64,000 nucleotides of DNA, from IMG/VR virus record IMGVR_UViG_3300027686_001029; one strand, given 5' to 3'. Shown here in pieces: positions 1 to 9,421 of this stretch (position 1 is the first letter of the stretch; every line of letters starts with the position of its first letter). The notes beneath the pieces are model-generated. The model was not told the DNA's origin. It was given only the letters and a program-made list of their open reading frames with translations, and searched no databases. Made by a program: the position numbers and the translations under genes. Source of the DNA: a virus.

Positions 1-153
1 TGACTACCTATCTCAACCATTTTTAATTTGTCCTCAATATTTAATTTAATCTGTATAGTGTTAACCAGTTCACATAAACCTAGAAAATGCTTATTACTAT
101 TTTCAGGTCCTTTCCATTCTTTAGGAGGATTAAATCTTAATGTATGTTTCACT

Positions 154-1017
154 TTATAGGTTTTTTATATAGTTTTCTAATAATCTTTTTGGTACCCAGT
201 TTAGTAATTGTTTATTTTGTTTAGTTAATTGAGCTAAAGTCTCTCTATAATTTCCGGGCTGGTCTTCAACGTATTCCGTACTTATATTATTTCCAAACAT
301 TTTAACTACTTCGTTTATAGAATAGTTTATACCTGTGCCAAGCTGCCAATGAGGTTGCGATGCTTTGGATTCAGCTATAGCAATTAAACCTTCAGCAATA
401 TCATCAACATGAGTAAAGTCTCTTCTTTGCTCTCCATCCCCAACTATACTCAAAGGAAGTTTATTGTCTAAAGCATATCTAAACTTACCTATGACAGCAG
501 CCATATGTCCTTCTGTAATTTCTCCTGGACCGTATACGTTATAAAATCTAGCTATTTCGACATTTAACCCAAATACTTCTCTATAGAGGTTGCATATTTC
601 TTCTCCTTGATACTTAAAAAGAGAGTAGGGTGATTTACCTCCTGGTGTATCTAATTTGCTAGCAGATGATGATCCTGCATATATAACTTTAGCTTCATTT
701 AACTTAGCAAACTCAAGTACCTTTAAGGTTCCTGTTACATTATAAAAGAAACATTTTTCAGGATCAGTAAAGGAAGGTTGTATTCTAGACTGTGCTGCTA
801 GGTGGTATATTATATCTACACACCTTGTAGATTTTAAAATCTTATCAATCTCAGTAATACATCCTCTGAGGTATTGAACTCCTTTTACATGGTTCTCCTC
901 TGTACCTGTAGAATAATTATCTAACGATACTAAATTATTATTAGTGTCCTTGGAGAGAATAGTAAGTAGTGCTTTTCCTATAAACCCTGCTCCTCCTGTT
1001 ACTAGTATATGCTTCAT
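154..1017 (-). CDS. NAD-dependent epimerase/dehydratase (extended SDR)
   Basis: ILVTGGAGFIG Rossmann motif, HLAA, YxxxK (YSLFK), RFYNVYGPG, RDFTHVDD. Confidence 0.92.
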   Translation of the reverse strand: MKHILVTGGAGFIGKALLTILSKDTNNNLVSLDNYSTGTEENHVKGVQYLRGCITEIDKILKSTRCVDIIYHLAAQSRIQPSFTDPEKCFFYNVTGTLKVLEFAKLNEAKVIYAGSSSASKLDTPGGKSPYSLFKYQGEEICNLYREVFGLNVEIARFYNVYGPGEITEGHMAAVIGKFRYALDNKLPLSIVGDGEQRRDFTHVDDIAEGLIAIAESKASQPHWQLGTGINYSINEVVKMFGNNISTEYVEDQPGNYRETLAQLTKQNKQLLNWVPKRLLENYIKNL

Positions 1018-1026
1018 ATTTTAACC

Positions 1027-1476
1027 TTATTCAATTGCTTGAAAGAATCCGATTGCCTCTAGAGCAGTCATAAAATCATCTTGTTTAAACTTAGCAGCAT
1101 TAGTCATATCCATTTTAATAGTTTGGTCTGCTGGATATTTTCCTGATGCTAGTTCTTTTTCAGATAAATCGATTGATAGTACTGCTGACCATAACCAGTT
1201 ATCTTTGCTTACACCATCTAAAAATACCATTCCTTTACCCGGTAAGGTAATAGTAGCAGGAAACCATACATTTTTGTCTTCGCCAACATACATTAAATCT
1301 TTGTATAGCTCTGGGGAGGTCTCTAATGTGTTCTTAACTGCTGCTGATCCTTCTGTCATTACTGTACTTGTAGAGAAACCACAGCCCATACAGAGCCAAG
1401 TTTTAGTATTCTCATCAATGTGCTGTTCGTAGCAGGCATTTCCGCCACATTTTTTACATATAACTAAATTATCCAT
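1027..1476 (-). CDS. hypothetical protein with N-terminal Zn ribbon
   Basis: CKKC...CMGC pairs; operon context. Confidence 0.6.
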   Translation of the reverse strand: MDNLVICKKCGGNACYEQHIDENTKTWLCMGCGFSTSTVMTEGSAAVKNTLETSPELYKDLMYVGEDKNVWFPATITLPGKGMVFLDGVSKDNWLWSAVLSIDLSEKELASGKYPADQTIKMDMTNAAKFKQDDFMTALEAIGFFQAIE

Positions 1477-1481
1477 TTTTT

Positions 1482-2786
1482 TTATTTTAATTTTGGTAAA
1501 ACTAACTCTTGAGTCTTCTTCTTTAAAGTAGGTAACTTAAGTTTAGGCATTTCTAATTGAGTCTTTTCTGCAAATACCGGTAAGTATTTAACTAGTAACT
1601 CATCTAACTTAGTAACCATAGTATCAAAAGAGAAGTTTGCTCTAGAGAATTGTGCTTGTTGTTTTCCTTTAGTTTCAAACTTCTTATACTGCTTGAATAC
1701 TTCTTTATACGCCTTAGCAACTGATCCAGGATCTGGTTGAAACCATTGAGCTTCAGGTAGAATCATATCCGGTACTACTGCAGAATTATCAACAGGATGA
1801 ATAGTTCCAGGTAGTAGGTAACTATATTCCGGTTTAAGAAAATCTAGTTGTCCTGACCACCCTGATGCAATGATTGGTTTTTTAGTTAAGCTAAACTCTA
1901 ATAAAGGTCTTCCGAATCCTTCTCCTTTTGTTAAGCTAATCATAGCTTTTACTTTAGGGTGATTGTATAACTCATTTACCTGAGTATCAGACATCTCTCC
2001 ATGTACTAAATATACGTTAGGAAATTTACTACCGTTAACAGATTTACGTATAGAATCTATCTGATCTAATATTGCTTCCCTGTCCATTATTGAAGAACTT
2101 ACTCTAGAAGTTTTCACTATGAGTGCAGGTGTCTTTCCTAATGAGTTTTTGAAAGTTTCAAAGAAAGATTTAATAGTATAGGCTATATTTTTTCTATCAT
2201 GTCCCATTGAACCTTGCATCCAATGTCCACATACTAGGTAAGCAAATGACTCCTTAACTTCTGATAGATCAATAGATGATTTAGCAGGTAAATACTTAGT
2301 TAAGTCAGCTCCTTCTAATAGTACTTCAATAGGCTTTTCTAACTTTACCTGTCTTTCCAATTGGTTTGTCTTCTTATTTTTCATATCAAAAGATGTTCTT
2401 TCGAATACATCTTTAGAGTGTATACTAGATACGAAGTTTACATCCATCTTATTCATACCGTCTATCCATTGAGGAGCTACTAAAGTAGTCTCCATGCCAG
2501 CAGTCATTCCAATATTAAACTCTCCTACTGCTTGGAATTCATTAGGTACGGTTAATTGAATCCAAATTTGTGGTTTAGAAGCTATTTGAGGAACTATTCT
2601 GCTTTTAATAGCAGCTAGCTTATGATCTTTTAAGTAACCGGTTCTTGTATTGCCCCATCTTTGAGCCAATATCTGTACATCGTATTTATCTAATTTCAAT
2701 AGTGCTAAAACAATATCTCTTGCTCTTGCTCCATATCCACTATATGTATCTACTGGTGCACTTATAATTAATAACGGTCTATTCAT
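1482..2786 (-). CDS. glycosyltransferase, GT-B fold (GT4-like)
   Basis: SGYG N-terminal motif; EGFGRPLLE (E-x7-E) signature; GWSGQLDF. Confidence 0.88.
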   Translation of the reverse strand: MNRPLLIISAPVDTYSGYGARARDIVLALLKLDKYDVQILAQRWGNTRTGYLKDHKLAAIKSRIVPQIASKPQIWIQLTVPNEFQAVGEFNIGMTAGMETTLVAPQWIDGMNKMDVNFVSSIHSKDVFERTSFDMKNKKTNQLERQVKLEKPIEVLLEGADLTKYLPAKSSIDLSEVKESFAYLVCGHWMQGSMGHDRKNIAYTIKSFFETFKNSLGKTPALIVKTSRVSSSIMDREAILDQIDSIRKSVNGSKFPNVYLVHGEMSDTQVNELYNHPKVKAMISLTKGEGFGRPLLEFSLTKKPIIASGWSGQLDFLKPEYSYLLPGTIHPVDNSAVVPDMILPEAQWFQPDPGSVAKAYKEVFKQYKKFETKGKQQAQFSRANFSFDTMVTKLDELLVKYLPVFAEKTQLEMPKLKLPTLKKKTQELVLPKLK

Positions 2787-2787
2787 C

Positions 2788-4224
2788 TTAGTAGTTAATT
2801 AGGTTGTGTTGTATTAAAGTTGACGGTCTTTCTATTGCTTGAATTACTTCGTAAACAGGTCTCGGTTTAAAGGAATCAAATGTTTTATTCATACATCTAG
2901 CAACATTACTACTCATAGTAGAAGCAGACATTTGAGCTTCATCCGAAGTTGCAAATTTACGTCCAGTTAATCCTTTTCTATTCCTTTCTTCTTTAGTTAA
3001 GTTATAATTTAACTCTAATGCTGATGAAGCATCTTCTATTGAACATCTATCGTCCCATATGTAAGGAGTTGCAGGTGAGCCTTGTAAGGATATATTAGAA
3101 GGGTATAAAGGAATTGCCCATTCACCGTGATCTTTATAAGTTCCTCTATGGTTAGAAGGAAAATCTGGAGTAAAGTTAATCCATTCTCCTTTTTCATTAG
3201 TAAATCTCATTTGATCTTGCATTCCTCCTGTTGTGTTAGCACATATCATAGTACCTGCCATCATAGATTCAGTTAATGCTAATCCCCATCCTTCGTTAGA
3301 AGACATTAGTAATGTAATATCGGCTAAGTTGTACAGTAGATTCATTTGTGCGGGCGTAAGTCTATCTGTAGAGAAATAAATGTTAACAAATTCTGGATCT
3401 GTTAAGGTTTTCTTAATAGCTTTTAAATCGGTACCGTGTTCGTCTACTTGAGCTGTATGCATTACTAACGCACATTTTTTAGCTTTATCTTTTCCTATTC
3501 TATTACAGAATTCACTATATGCTAAAATAGTATCACCAGGGTGTTTTCTATGTATATTTCTAGAGTTATAAAACACTACGTATTCGATATCTTTATCTCC
3601 AAATAATCCTTTTCTAAATTTATCAAAGTCAGGTGTAGTTACATCGATAGGTTTAAACACTGTTTCATCTATACCGTGAGGTACATATTCTATGATCTTA
3701 CTATCAGCATCATCACCTAAGACAATCTCATTAATGTTTTTAGTTTGTTTAGAAATAGCCATTAATAAATCTACTGAGTTATAATAGTGTTTATTATACA
3801 TTGGAGCAGGGTAGTCATCCCATATGTTTAACCACATAATAGGTATCTCCTGTCTTATTTCTCTTTCAATTTCGAATAACCAAGTCCAGTATCTTGGATC
3901 AGTAAAGATGAATATAGCATCAAATTTATGTATTGACATTAATTGTCTAACTAGATTAGCATCTCCATATCCATTATGAGGTTGGACTTTTACTTCAGCA
4001 TCATCTAGCCCTTTGCCTTTATTAATATCCCCTGATAAGTCAAAAACTTTCCCAACTTCTGGATGCTTTAAAGCTGCTCCTAAGTTATACCAGTTAAAAT
4101 GTTGTGCTGTATTTACTACAATCTCTCTTGCCATCGTTGCAATACCTGAATGCATTCTAATATCGTCGCATAGTAAGAGAATATTTTTTCTTTCCTCTTT
4201 TTTAATATAACCTAACTCTTTCAT
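2788..4224 (-). CDS. glycosyltransferase, GT-B fold (GT4-like)
   Basis: HSGIAT, YVPHGID, RNIHRK, EGWGLALTESM signature. Confidence 0.88.
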   Translation of the reverse strand: MKELGYIKKEERKNILLLCDDIRMHSGIATMAREIVVNTAQHFNWYNLGAALKHPEVGKVFDLSGDINKGKGLDDAEVKVQPHNGYGDANLVRQLMSIHKFDAIFIFTDPRYWTWLFEIEREIRQEIPIMWLNIWDDYPAPMYNKHYYNSVDLLMAISKQTKNINEIVLGDDADSKIIEYVPHGIDETVFKPIDVTTPDFDKFRKGLFGDKDIEYVVFYNSRNIHRKHPGDTILAYSEFCNRIGKDKAKKCALVMHTAQVDEHGTDLKAIKKTLTDPEFVNIYFSTDRLTPAQMNLLYNLADITLLMSSNEGWGLALTESMMAGTMICANTTGGMQDQMRFTNEKGEWINFTPDFPSNHRGTYKDHGEWAIPLYPSNISLQGSPATPYIWDDRCSIEDASSALELNYNLTKEERNRKGLTGRKFATSDEAQMSASTMSSNVARCMNKTFDSFKPRPVYEVIQAIERPSTLIQHNLINY

Positions 4225-4416
4225 TTATTTTCTGAGATTTAATTTGTTAGTCTTATGTACCTTCTCTTTGAACTCCTTATCAGTAAGATAGAGAAAAATA
4301 GAACGATCTGCAAGCTTTTTAAAAGAAAAGTTTTCTTGTAAAGCTGCCATTTTAAATTGATCGAATAAAGGCTGTGTAATTTTAACCGAAGTTAGTTTTT
4401 CTTCTTTTTTAATCAT
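4225..4416 (-). CDS. small protein, possible ribbon-helix-helix DNA binder
   Basis: LTSVKI strand followed by two helices; abuts the GT gene. Confidence 0.5.
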   Translation of the reverse strand: MIKKEEKLTSVKITQPLFDQFKMAALQENFSFKKLADRSIFLYLTDKEFKEKVHKTNKLNLRK

Positions 4417-4465
4417 AACTTTGTTTTTAATTATATAAATATATACTTATATAAATATACCCTTT

Positions 4466-5425
4466 TTATAAAACTGCTTCAGGACAAAGCCTCATCTTTT
4501 TTACATTGCACCATTTACAGTTATCCTTAGTAGGATTAGCTTTATGATCTTCTTCTATATAGTTACCTAGATGATCCACTGCCTTAGTAATAAAGTTTTG
4601 CATTATCTTAAGTACCTTATTAGTATTTCCTTTTCCGGAAGCAGGGCTAAACTCTTGAACTCTTCTTTGCATTGCTGCAAATTCTGCTTCAACCGGTACT
4701 CTTCTTTTAACAACAAAGTACTCCACATCAATTTTATCAATATCAATATTAAATTGCTTTGCAAAAAACTTTTTATATAGTATAAGTTGCTGAGTTTTGT
4801 TAAGGTCTTTTTTATCTAAAGCACTCCATCCTCTAGTTGAGGTCTTGATATCTACAATTTTCCACCTATCTACTCTTGCATCGTAAAATACTAAATCAAT
4901 AAAGCCTTTAAACATTACTCCAGGACGTAACTCTTGGTATAAGAGCGTCTCTACTCCTGCTAAATGTACGCCCTTAGTATTAAAGTATGCACGTCTTTTT
5001 TTCTTGATAAATTCAAAAATATGTTTACCGTCTAACCAGAACATTCTTAAGTCTTCCGCAGTAGCAAAGTGCTCATGTCCATTCTGTGCTTTGGTAGACT
5101 TGTATGCTTTAATCATATTCTCATATAACAATGCATCTACATCCATTGCCATAGCATCTTTTACCTTACCATGATAAAGTACCTGTAACCATTCTTGTAG
5201 GGTTTCGTGAAATGCTGTTCCGAAAGAAGCATGTATTGAACCCTCATAGGGTATAAGTTTCTTAACGTAAGTTAAGTACCACTGTTTAGGACATCTATCG
5301 TAAGTAGAAAGTTGAGAATAAGAAATATGTTTATTCTTCTTAGATTGTTTAATCTTAGATTCCCATACCTCTTTCACTGCAGGTATAGCTTTAGTATTAA
5401 CTGCATCATGATATATCTTCTTCAT
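4466..5425 (-). CDS. PD-(D/E)xK exonuclease, Cas4/AddB-like with Fe-S cysteines
   Basis: ISYSQLSTYDRCPKQW, GFIDLV, IVDIKTS, QLILY, C-terminal CKWC...C (1+3 Cys). Confidence 0.82.
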   Translation of the reverse strand: MKKIYHDAVNTKAIPAVKEVWESKIKQSKKNKHISYSQLSTYDRCPKQWYLTYVKKLIPYEGSIHASFGTAFHETLQEWLQVLYHGKVKDAMAMDVDALLYENMIKAYKSTKAQNGHEHFATAEDLRMFWLDGKHIFEFIKKKRRAYFNTKGVHLAGVETLLYQELRPGVMFKGFIDLVFYDARVDRWKIVDIKTSTRGWSALDKKDLNKTQQLILYKKFFAKQFNIDIDKIDVEYFVVKRRVPVEAEFAAMQRRVQEFSPASGKGNTNKVLKIMQNFITKAVDHLGNYIEEDHKANPTKDNCKWCNVKKMRLCPEAVL

Positions 5426-5432
5426 ATACCTT

Positions 5433-5849
5433 TTACTTTTTCCACATACCGCGTTGGACTAGCTGAGCTATTATTCCATAGTTAGTAACGTCTTGAAACG
5501 TATCTATTATAGTTTCGTTTTGAGCTTTTCTACCAGAGATAATCATATTCTTCCACCTATTAATCTTATCTGAAAGTCTGTACCAAAGGCCAGTCATAGC
5601 GAACTCTGTTTCATCATCTGTGTCTAAATTAGTTCCAGCACTAACATTATGCATTCCATAATCTAAATGTTTTTTAGCAAATAATTCAAACTGTTCATCT
5701 ATGATAGATTGATAACCATCATGTATTGTAGGGTATTCACTTTTTAAAATCTCTCTTGCTGTTTTTACAGGCTCTCCGTGCATTGCGTTCATTATCTCTC
5801 TACTACTCATATTTGTCAAAATATCTTTTAAGGGTTTGTAATACATCAT
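5433..5849 (-). CDS. DUF1599 / nucleotide-modification-associated domain 1-like protein
   Basis: KKHLDYG...RLSDKINRWKNM...ETIIDTFQDVTNYGII. Confidence 0.75.
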   Translation of the reverse strand: MMYYKPLKDILTNMSSREIMNAMHGEPVKTAREILKSEYPTIHDGYQSIIDEQFELFAKKHLDYGMHNVSAGTNLDTDDETEFAMTGLWYRLSDKINRWKNMIISGRKAQNETIIDTFQDVTNYGIIAQLVQRGMWKK

Positions 5850-6021
5850 CAGCTTCTGCTAATGCTTTTGCAGCATCTTCTGCGTTTTTATAAAAATCGT
5901 CGGTAGAATGATCTCCTATACCAGCAGGATTTTCCATTAATAGTTCAAATGTAAGTAATGCTTTTTCTTTCTGAGTTTCGAAAGACTTTTTAAGCATCTT
6001 TATTAGTCTATACTGTGCCAT
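5803..6021 (-). CDS. hypothetical phage protein
   Basis: AAGTT leader and promoter directly upstream; helical NPAGIGDH protein. Confidence 0.6.
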   Translation of the reverse strand: MAQYRLIKMLKKSFETQKEKALLTFELLMENPAGIGDHSTDDFYKNAEDAAKALAEADDVLQTLKRYFDKYE

Positions 6022-6042
6022 AACTTATATATTGTTTAATAC

Positions 6043-6091
6043 TTAAATATACGAAAAAATATTCGGGTCTACAAATATCTAATGATATTTT
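6043..6091. repeat. 49-bp direct repeat, copy 1 (pairs with 7555-7603)
   Basis: ttaaatatacgaaaaaatattcgggtctacaaatatctaatgatatttt; 48/49 identical to copy 2. Confidence 0.95.
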
Positions 6092-6096
6092 TTTCC

Positions 6097-6576
6097 CTAT
6101 GTAAGCTCAGTATGTACTGTTGAATCAATTGTTTGGATATACTTATCAACTAGTCGTGATACTATTTCTGGTTTCCTATCATTCTTGAATGTAACTTTGA
6201 TTTTAGCCGTAGTTGAACGCTTGCCTCCATCTGAATCTACAAGAATTTCCTTTATATTATGTTCGGTGTGTCCTTTTTTCTTAAAGATACCTAATAATGA
6301 TTTTTTTAAAGAAGATGTATTGGTACCACCAAAGTTTAACCTTGCATCGAATTCTATTTCTAATTTTTCAAGACCTATTGAAGAGTGGTCTGCTAATATG
6401 TAAAGAGGTATTACAACATCCTTACCTTGTATTTTCACCGAAGTTGTTTCTGGATTACCTTCATCATCGAAATAATGTCTCAATGAATTTATGTGTTGTC
6501 TTTCACTTAAGTTAGAAGCTACGAGAGCGGCCTCTAAGAGACCACTCACTAACTCCTCAATCTTTAATTTTGCCAT
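6097..6576 (-). CDS. DUF2589-family protein (second paralog)
   Basis: EELVSGLLEAA N-terminus, IPLYILADHSSIGLEKLEIEF, AKIKVTFK...PE..SRL. Confidence 0.7.
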   Translation of the reverse strand: MAKLKIEELVSGLLEAALVASNLSERQHINSLRHYFDDEGNPETTSVKIQGKDVVIPLYILADHSSIGLEKLEIEFDARLNFGGTNTSSLKKSLLGIFKKKGHTEHNIKEILVDSDGGKRSTTAKIKVTFKNDRKPEIVSRLVDKYIQTIDSTVHTELT

Positions 6577-6597
6577 AACTTATTTTTTAATTGTTTA

Positions 6598-7206
6598 CTA
6601 CTCTCCTGAACCACCTTTACCTCCAGCTGCTGGCTGAGTAATAGGATCCATTAGAGTTGTCAGCATATCAGATAATTTTAACATACCCTCTGTTGGAGGT
6701 AATTGTTCTGCATGTACATTTACTTCGTACTTAGCTGAATTATCAGTCTCTCTTGTATTTTCTCTTGTAGTTGAAACTTCACCATGTACTGTTACTTCAA
6801 CTGGGGAAAACCAACTTTTAGATTTTACATCAACAGTTGATTTTATATCCGTTTTAGAGTGATCTTTTACTGTTTCTTTCACTTCCATAGTAAAACTGAT
6901 ATCCGCTTTAGTTATTGCTAAAGATGGGATTGGTACTAATGGTAGCATTGGGATTTGAGAATGAACTATTTGTAATTGTGGTGCTCCACCTTTTGGGTCT
7001 GCAACAAAACGATTTAGTGCAATCTTAAGTTGTTTTGCTTCTCGAGCATCTCCTTCTTTACCTTCTTTTGGTGCTTCAAAAGCTACTTCTTGAATGTAAT
7101 TCCAAGCTACATCGTTTAATGCTGCTTGTCCTTTAGCCATTCCGATTAAAGGTGATACGATTAGGTCTTCGATAGGAAGTCCTCTGAATTGGTCTGCAAT
7201 TGGCAT
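6598..7206 (-). CDS. DUF2589-family protein (first paralog)
   Basis: FRGLPIEDLIVSPL..MAKGQ..L, IPMLPLVPIPSLAI, ENTRETDNSAKYEVNVHA, PEGMLKLSDML. Confidence 0.82.
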   Translation of the reverse strand: MPIADQFRGLPIEDLIVSPLIGMAKGQAALNDVAWNYIQEVAFEAPKEGKEGDAREAKQLKIALNRFVADPKGGAPQLQIVHSQIPMLPLVPIPSLAITKADISFTMEVKETVKDHSKTDIKSTVDVKSKSWFSPVEVTVHGEVSTTRENTRETDNSAKYEVNVHAEQLPPTEGMLKLSDMLTTLMDPITQPAAGGKGGSGE

Positions 7207-7325
7207 AATTTATTTTGTTTGTTTAGTTAATAAAATGAAAACCTTTATTATGTTGCAGATAAGTATAAACCTTTATTTCTGTAACTAATATAAATATATA
7301 AGATTTTCACTTTTAATATAATTAA

Positions 7326-7529
7326 TTAAGAGAATTTAGCAATATCTGAATATTTATTTTTAATCTTTTCCATCTCTCGTAAACCCTCTCTTAAAGTATC
7401 AGTTGCAATATCACTTGTTTCAAAGTTCATTATTACCTCACAATGAGGACAAACTGAGACTGGGTTATCTAATATGTATTGAAGTGTTAAATCGAGTGGA
7501 TTCTTACACGAAGGACAGGGCATTGCCAT
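7326..7529 (-). CDS. small Zn-ribbon protein
   Basis: CPSC...CPHC; promoter and AAGTTAT leader upstream. Confidence 0.7.
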   Translation of the reverse strand: MAMPCPSCKNPLDLTLQYILDNPVSVCPHCEVIMNFETSDIATDTLREGLREMEKIKNKYSDIAKFS

Positions 7530-7554
7530 ATATAACTTATTTACTGTTTATTCT

Positions 7555-7603
7555 TTAAATATACGAAAAAATATTTGGGTCTACAAATATCTAATGATAT
7601 TTT
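7555..7603. repeat. 49-bp direct repeat, copy 2; contains the last codons of 7581-8729 and a promoter
   Basis: ttaaatatacgaaaaaatatttgggtctacaaatatctaatgatatttt. Confidence 0.95.
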
Positions 7604-8729
7604 CTTCCTTTTCGTTTTTAATACCTCCACCGATATCTTTCTTATCTAGCCAAGCTTCAGTATTATCAGAATAGAGTACTCTTATTTTTGAAGGAGATTT
7701 TTGTAATATTTTTATAATTTTCTTCTCTGGAATTGGTTTATCATTCTCATCTGATATTATCCAATCTTCTTCTTTTATAATTTTAGGTGAGTGTAATGTT
7801 CCTTTTACTTTAGGTGCTATAACAGTAATAGGGTCTACTACCTCTATTTCGTTTACGTTTACAGTCTCATCTTTTTTTTTAGTAGGAGGTTCTTCCTCTT
7901 CTAACTCACCGTATAGATTCTTCCTATTAGCGTTGTCGAATGCAAAGTTTGCTGCAATTACTAATGAAATAGCTAAAGGATCAAATACAAATATAATTAC
8001 TAACAACAATATGTTGATAATCTTATCCATAGAAGTACCAGTTAATCCGGAAAGGTATTGAAGTGGACCTAACTCTCCTGCTACTTCAGAATTATTCTCT
8101 AAAGTCAGAATTTCGATTTGATACTTTTGTAAGGAATCGGCTGCCACTTCTCGTTTAGTTTGAACCTTTTGTCGGTTTTCTTCTTCCACTTCGATACGTT
8201 TTTGGGATAACCTAAGCTCTGTAGTAGAGATTGTTGATCGAAAGCCTGAAGATACCGTGGTGTCTCGTACTTGGATGTTTGAAACTTTCGCATTAGATAA
8301 AGTGCTAATGTTATTAGAGATTCTTTCAAGTTCCTGATCATATCGTATAACGTCTTTATTGTAGAAGTCTTTCTTTTGAGTTAAGAAAGCTGTTTGATTG
8401 TTTTTAATTGTTAGCTGTCTATAAGTATCTTGATATGCTGCACTTAAAAAGCCGTATATACCCATACTAGTAATAAGTACTAAAACTACAGCAGCAATAG
8501 AGAGATACGTTCTAAGAAGCTTATTTATAGTGTCCCAATACTGGTATAAGAGTGAAGCTATAACTAGTTTAGCTACCTCCAATGAACCTGCCATTATAAT
8601 TACCTCTAGTGTAGCTCCTGCAAATAGCTTACTTAACCCACTTACGGAGTAAAAAGCAGCTGAGCCGCTTACAGAGAGAGCAGTTAATGCTATAATGGTA
8701 GGGAAAAAGTTTCTTTTAATTCTATTCAT
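7581..8729 (-). CDS. multi-pass membrane protein with long coiled coil
   Basis: three N-terminal TM helices, about 120-aa coiled coil, further TM (IINILLLVIIFVFDPLAISLVIAA), acidic tail. Confidence 0.7.
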   Translation of the reverse strand: MNRIKRNFFPTIIALTALSVSGSAAFYSVSGLSKLFAGATLEVIIMAGSLEVAKLVIASLLYQYWDTINKLLRTYLSIAAVVLVLITSMGIYGFLSAAYQDTYRQLTIKNNQTAFLTQKKDFYNKDVIRYDQELERISNNISTLSNAKVSNIQVRDTTVSSGFRSTISTTELRLSQKRIEVEEENRQKVQTKREVAADSLQKYQIEILTLENNSEVAGELGPLQYLSGLTGTSMDKIINILLLVIIFVFDPLAISLVIAANFAFDNANRKNLYGELEEEEPPTKKKDETVNVNEIEVVDPITVIAPKVKGTLHSPKIIKEEDWIISDENDKPIPEKKIIKILQKSPSKIRVLYSDNTEAWLDKKDIGGGIKNEKEENIIRYL

Positions 8730-9157
8730 TATTGAGCTAGTAAAAGTAAAGTTGCAAATACTCCGATGCCTGAACCTATCTGGTATAGTTTCTTAGCACG
8801 AGCCTCTTTCTTTAATTCTTTTTGTAACTGATTAGAAAGAACATCTGAAGTTTGTAACTGTACGTTTTTATCGCTAATAATTAATTGGTAGTTTTTAACT
8901 TGCTGAGATAAGTTAGTGTTTAATTTAAGTGACTTATCTAACCTGTTATTGGTTTCTTGAATCAATTGATTTAATGTTTTATTAGTCTTTTCTAATCCAT
9001 CAAAGCTGATTAAGTCTTTTACGACTAACTTAGCTATAGGTTTAGTTAATACTATCCTTGTAGTATCTGTAACGGTCTGTGAAAAACTGTTCCAGCTTAT
9101 CATTACTGTAAAGATTAACAGCATCAAGCTGTTTCTGTGTTTCTTTTTTGATAGCAT
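8729..9157 (-). CDS. exported coiled-coil protein with C-terminal TM; spanin-like candidate (start may be 9124)
   Basis: signal peptide ending SFS|Q, coiled coil, hydrophobic C-terminus; overlaps upstream TM-coiled-coil gene next to the amidase. Confidence 0.5.
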   Translation of the reverse strand: MLSKKKHRNSLMLLIFTVMISWNSFSQTVTDTTRIVLTKPIAKLVVKDLISFDGLEKTNKTLNQLIQETNNRLDKSLKLNTNLSQQVKNYQLIISDKNVQLQTSDVLSNQLQKELKKEARAKKLYQIGSGIGVFATLLLLAQ

Positions 9158-9401
9158 ATATCTTAATATTTAAGTTTTTAATTTTCCTATCGTAGTTTGC
9201 TAGCTCTAATACAAGTGAATCAGCTTGTACTTCTAGCGTAATGTTTTTAACTTGTAGAGAATCTATCTTACTCTCTAAAGCTACTATTTGAGACTCATAC
9301 TTAGATACATCTGTTTTTATATCAGTAGGAGCAAAGATCATTCTGTACAACACTATAGCAGCAATAGCAATTATAACGTTCTGTATTAATGTCTTATTCA
9401 T
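9042..9401 (-). CDS. inner-membrane-anchored coiled-coil protein; i-spanin candidate
   Basis: N-terminal TM then heptad repeats; follows the amidase. Confidence 0.5.
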   Translation of the reverse strand: MNKTLIQNVIIAIAAIVLYRMIFAPTDIKTDVSKYESQIVALESKIDSLQVKNITLEVQADSLVLELANYDRKIKNLNIKIYAIKKETQKQLDAVNLYSNDKLEQFFTDRYRYYKDSIN

Positions 9402-9421
9402 ATAGTATAAATATAAGAAAA

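Noticed and set aside
4466-5425. CRISPR-Cas system suggested by the Cas4-like gene
   Set aside because: No repeat-spacer array or other cas genes seen
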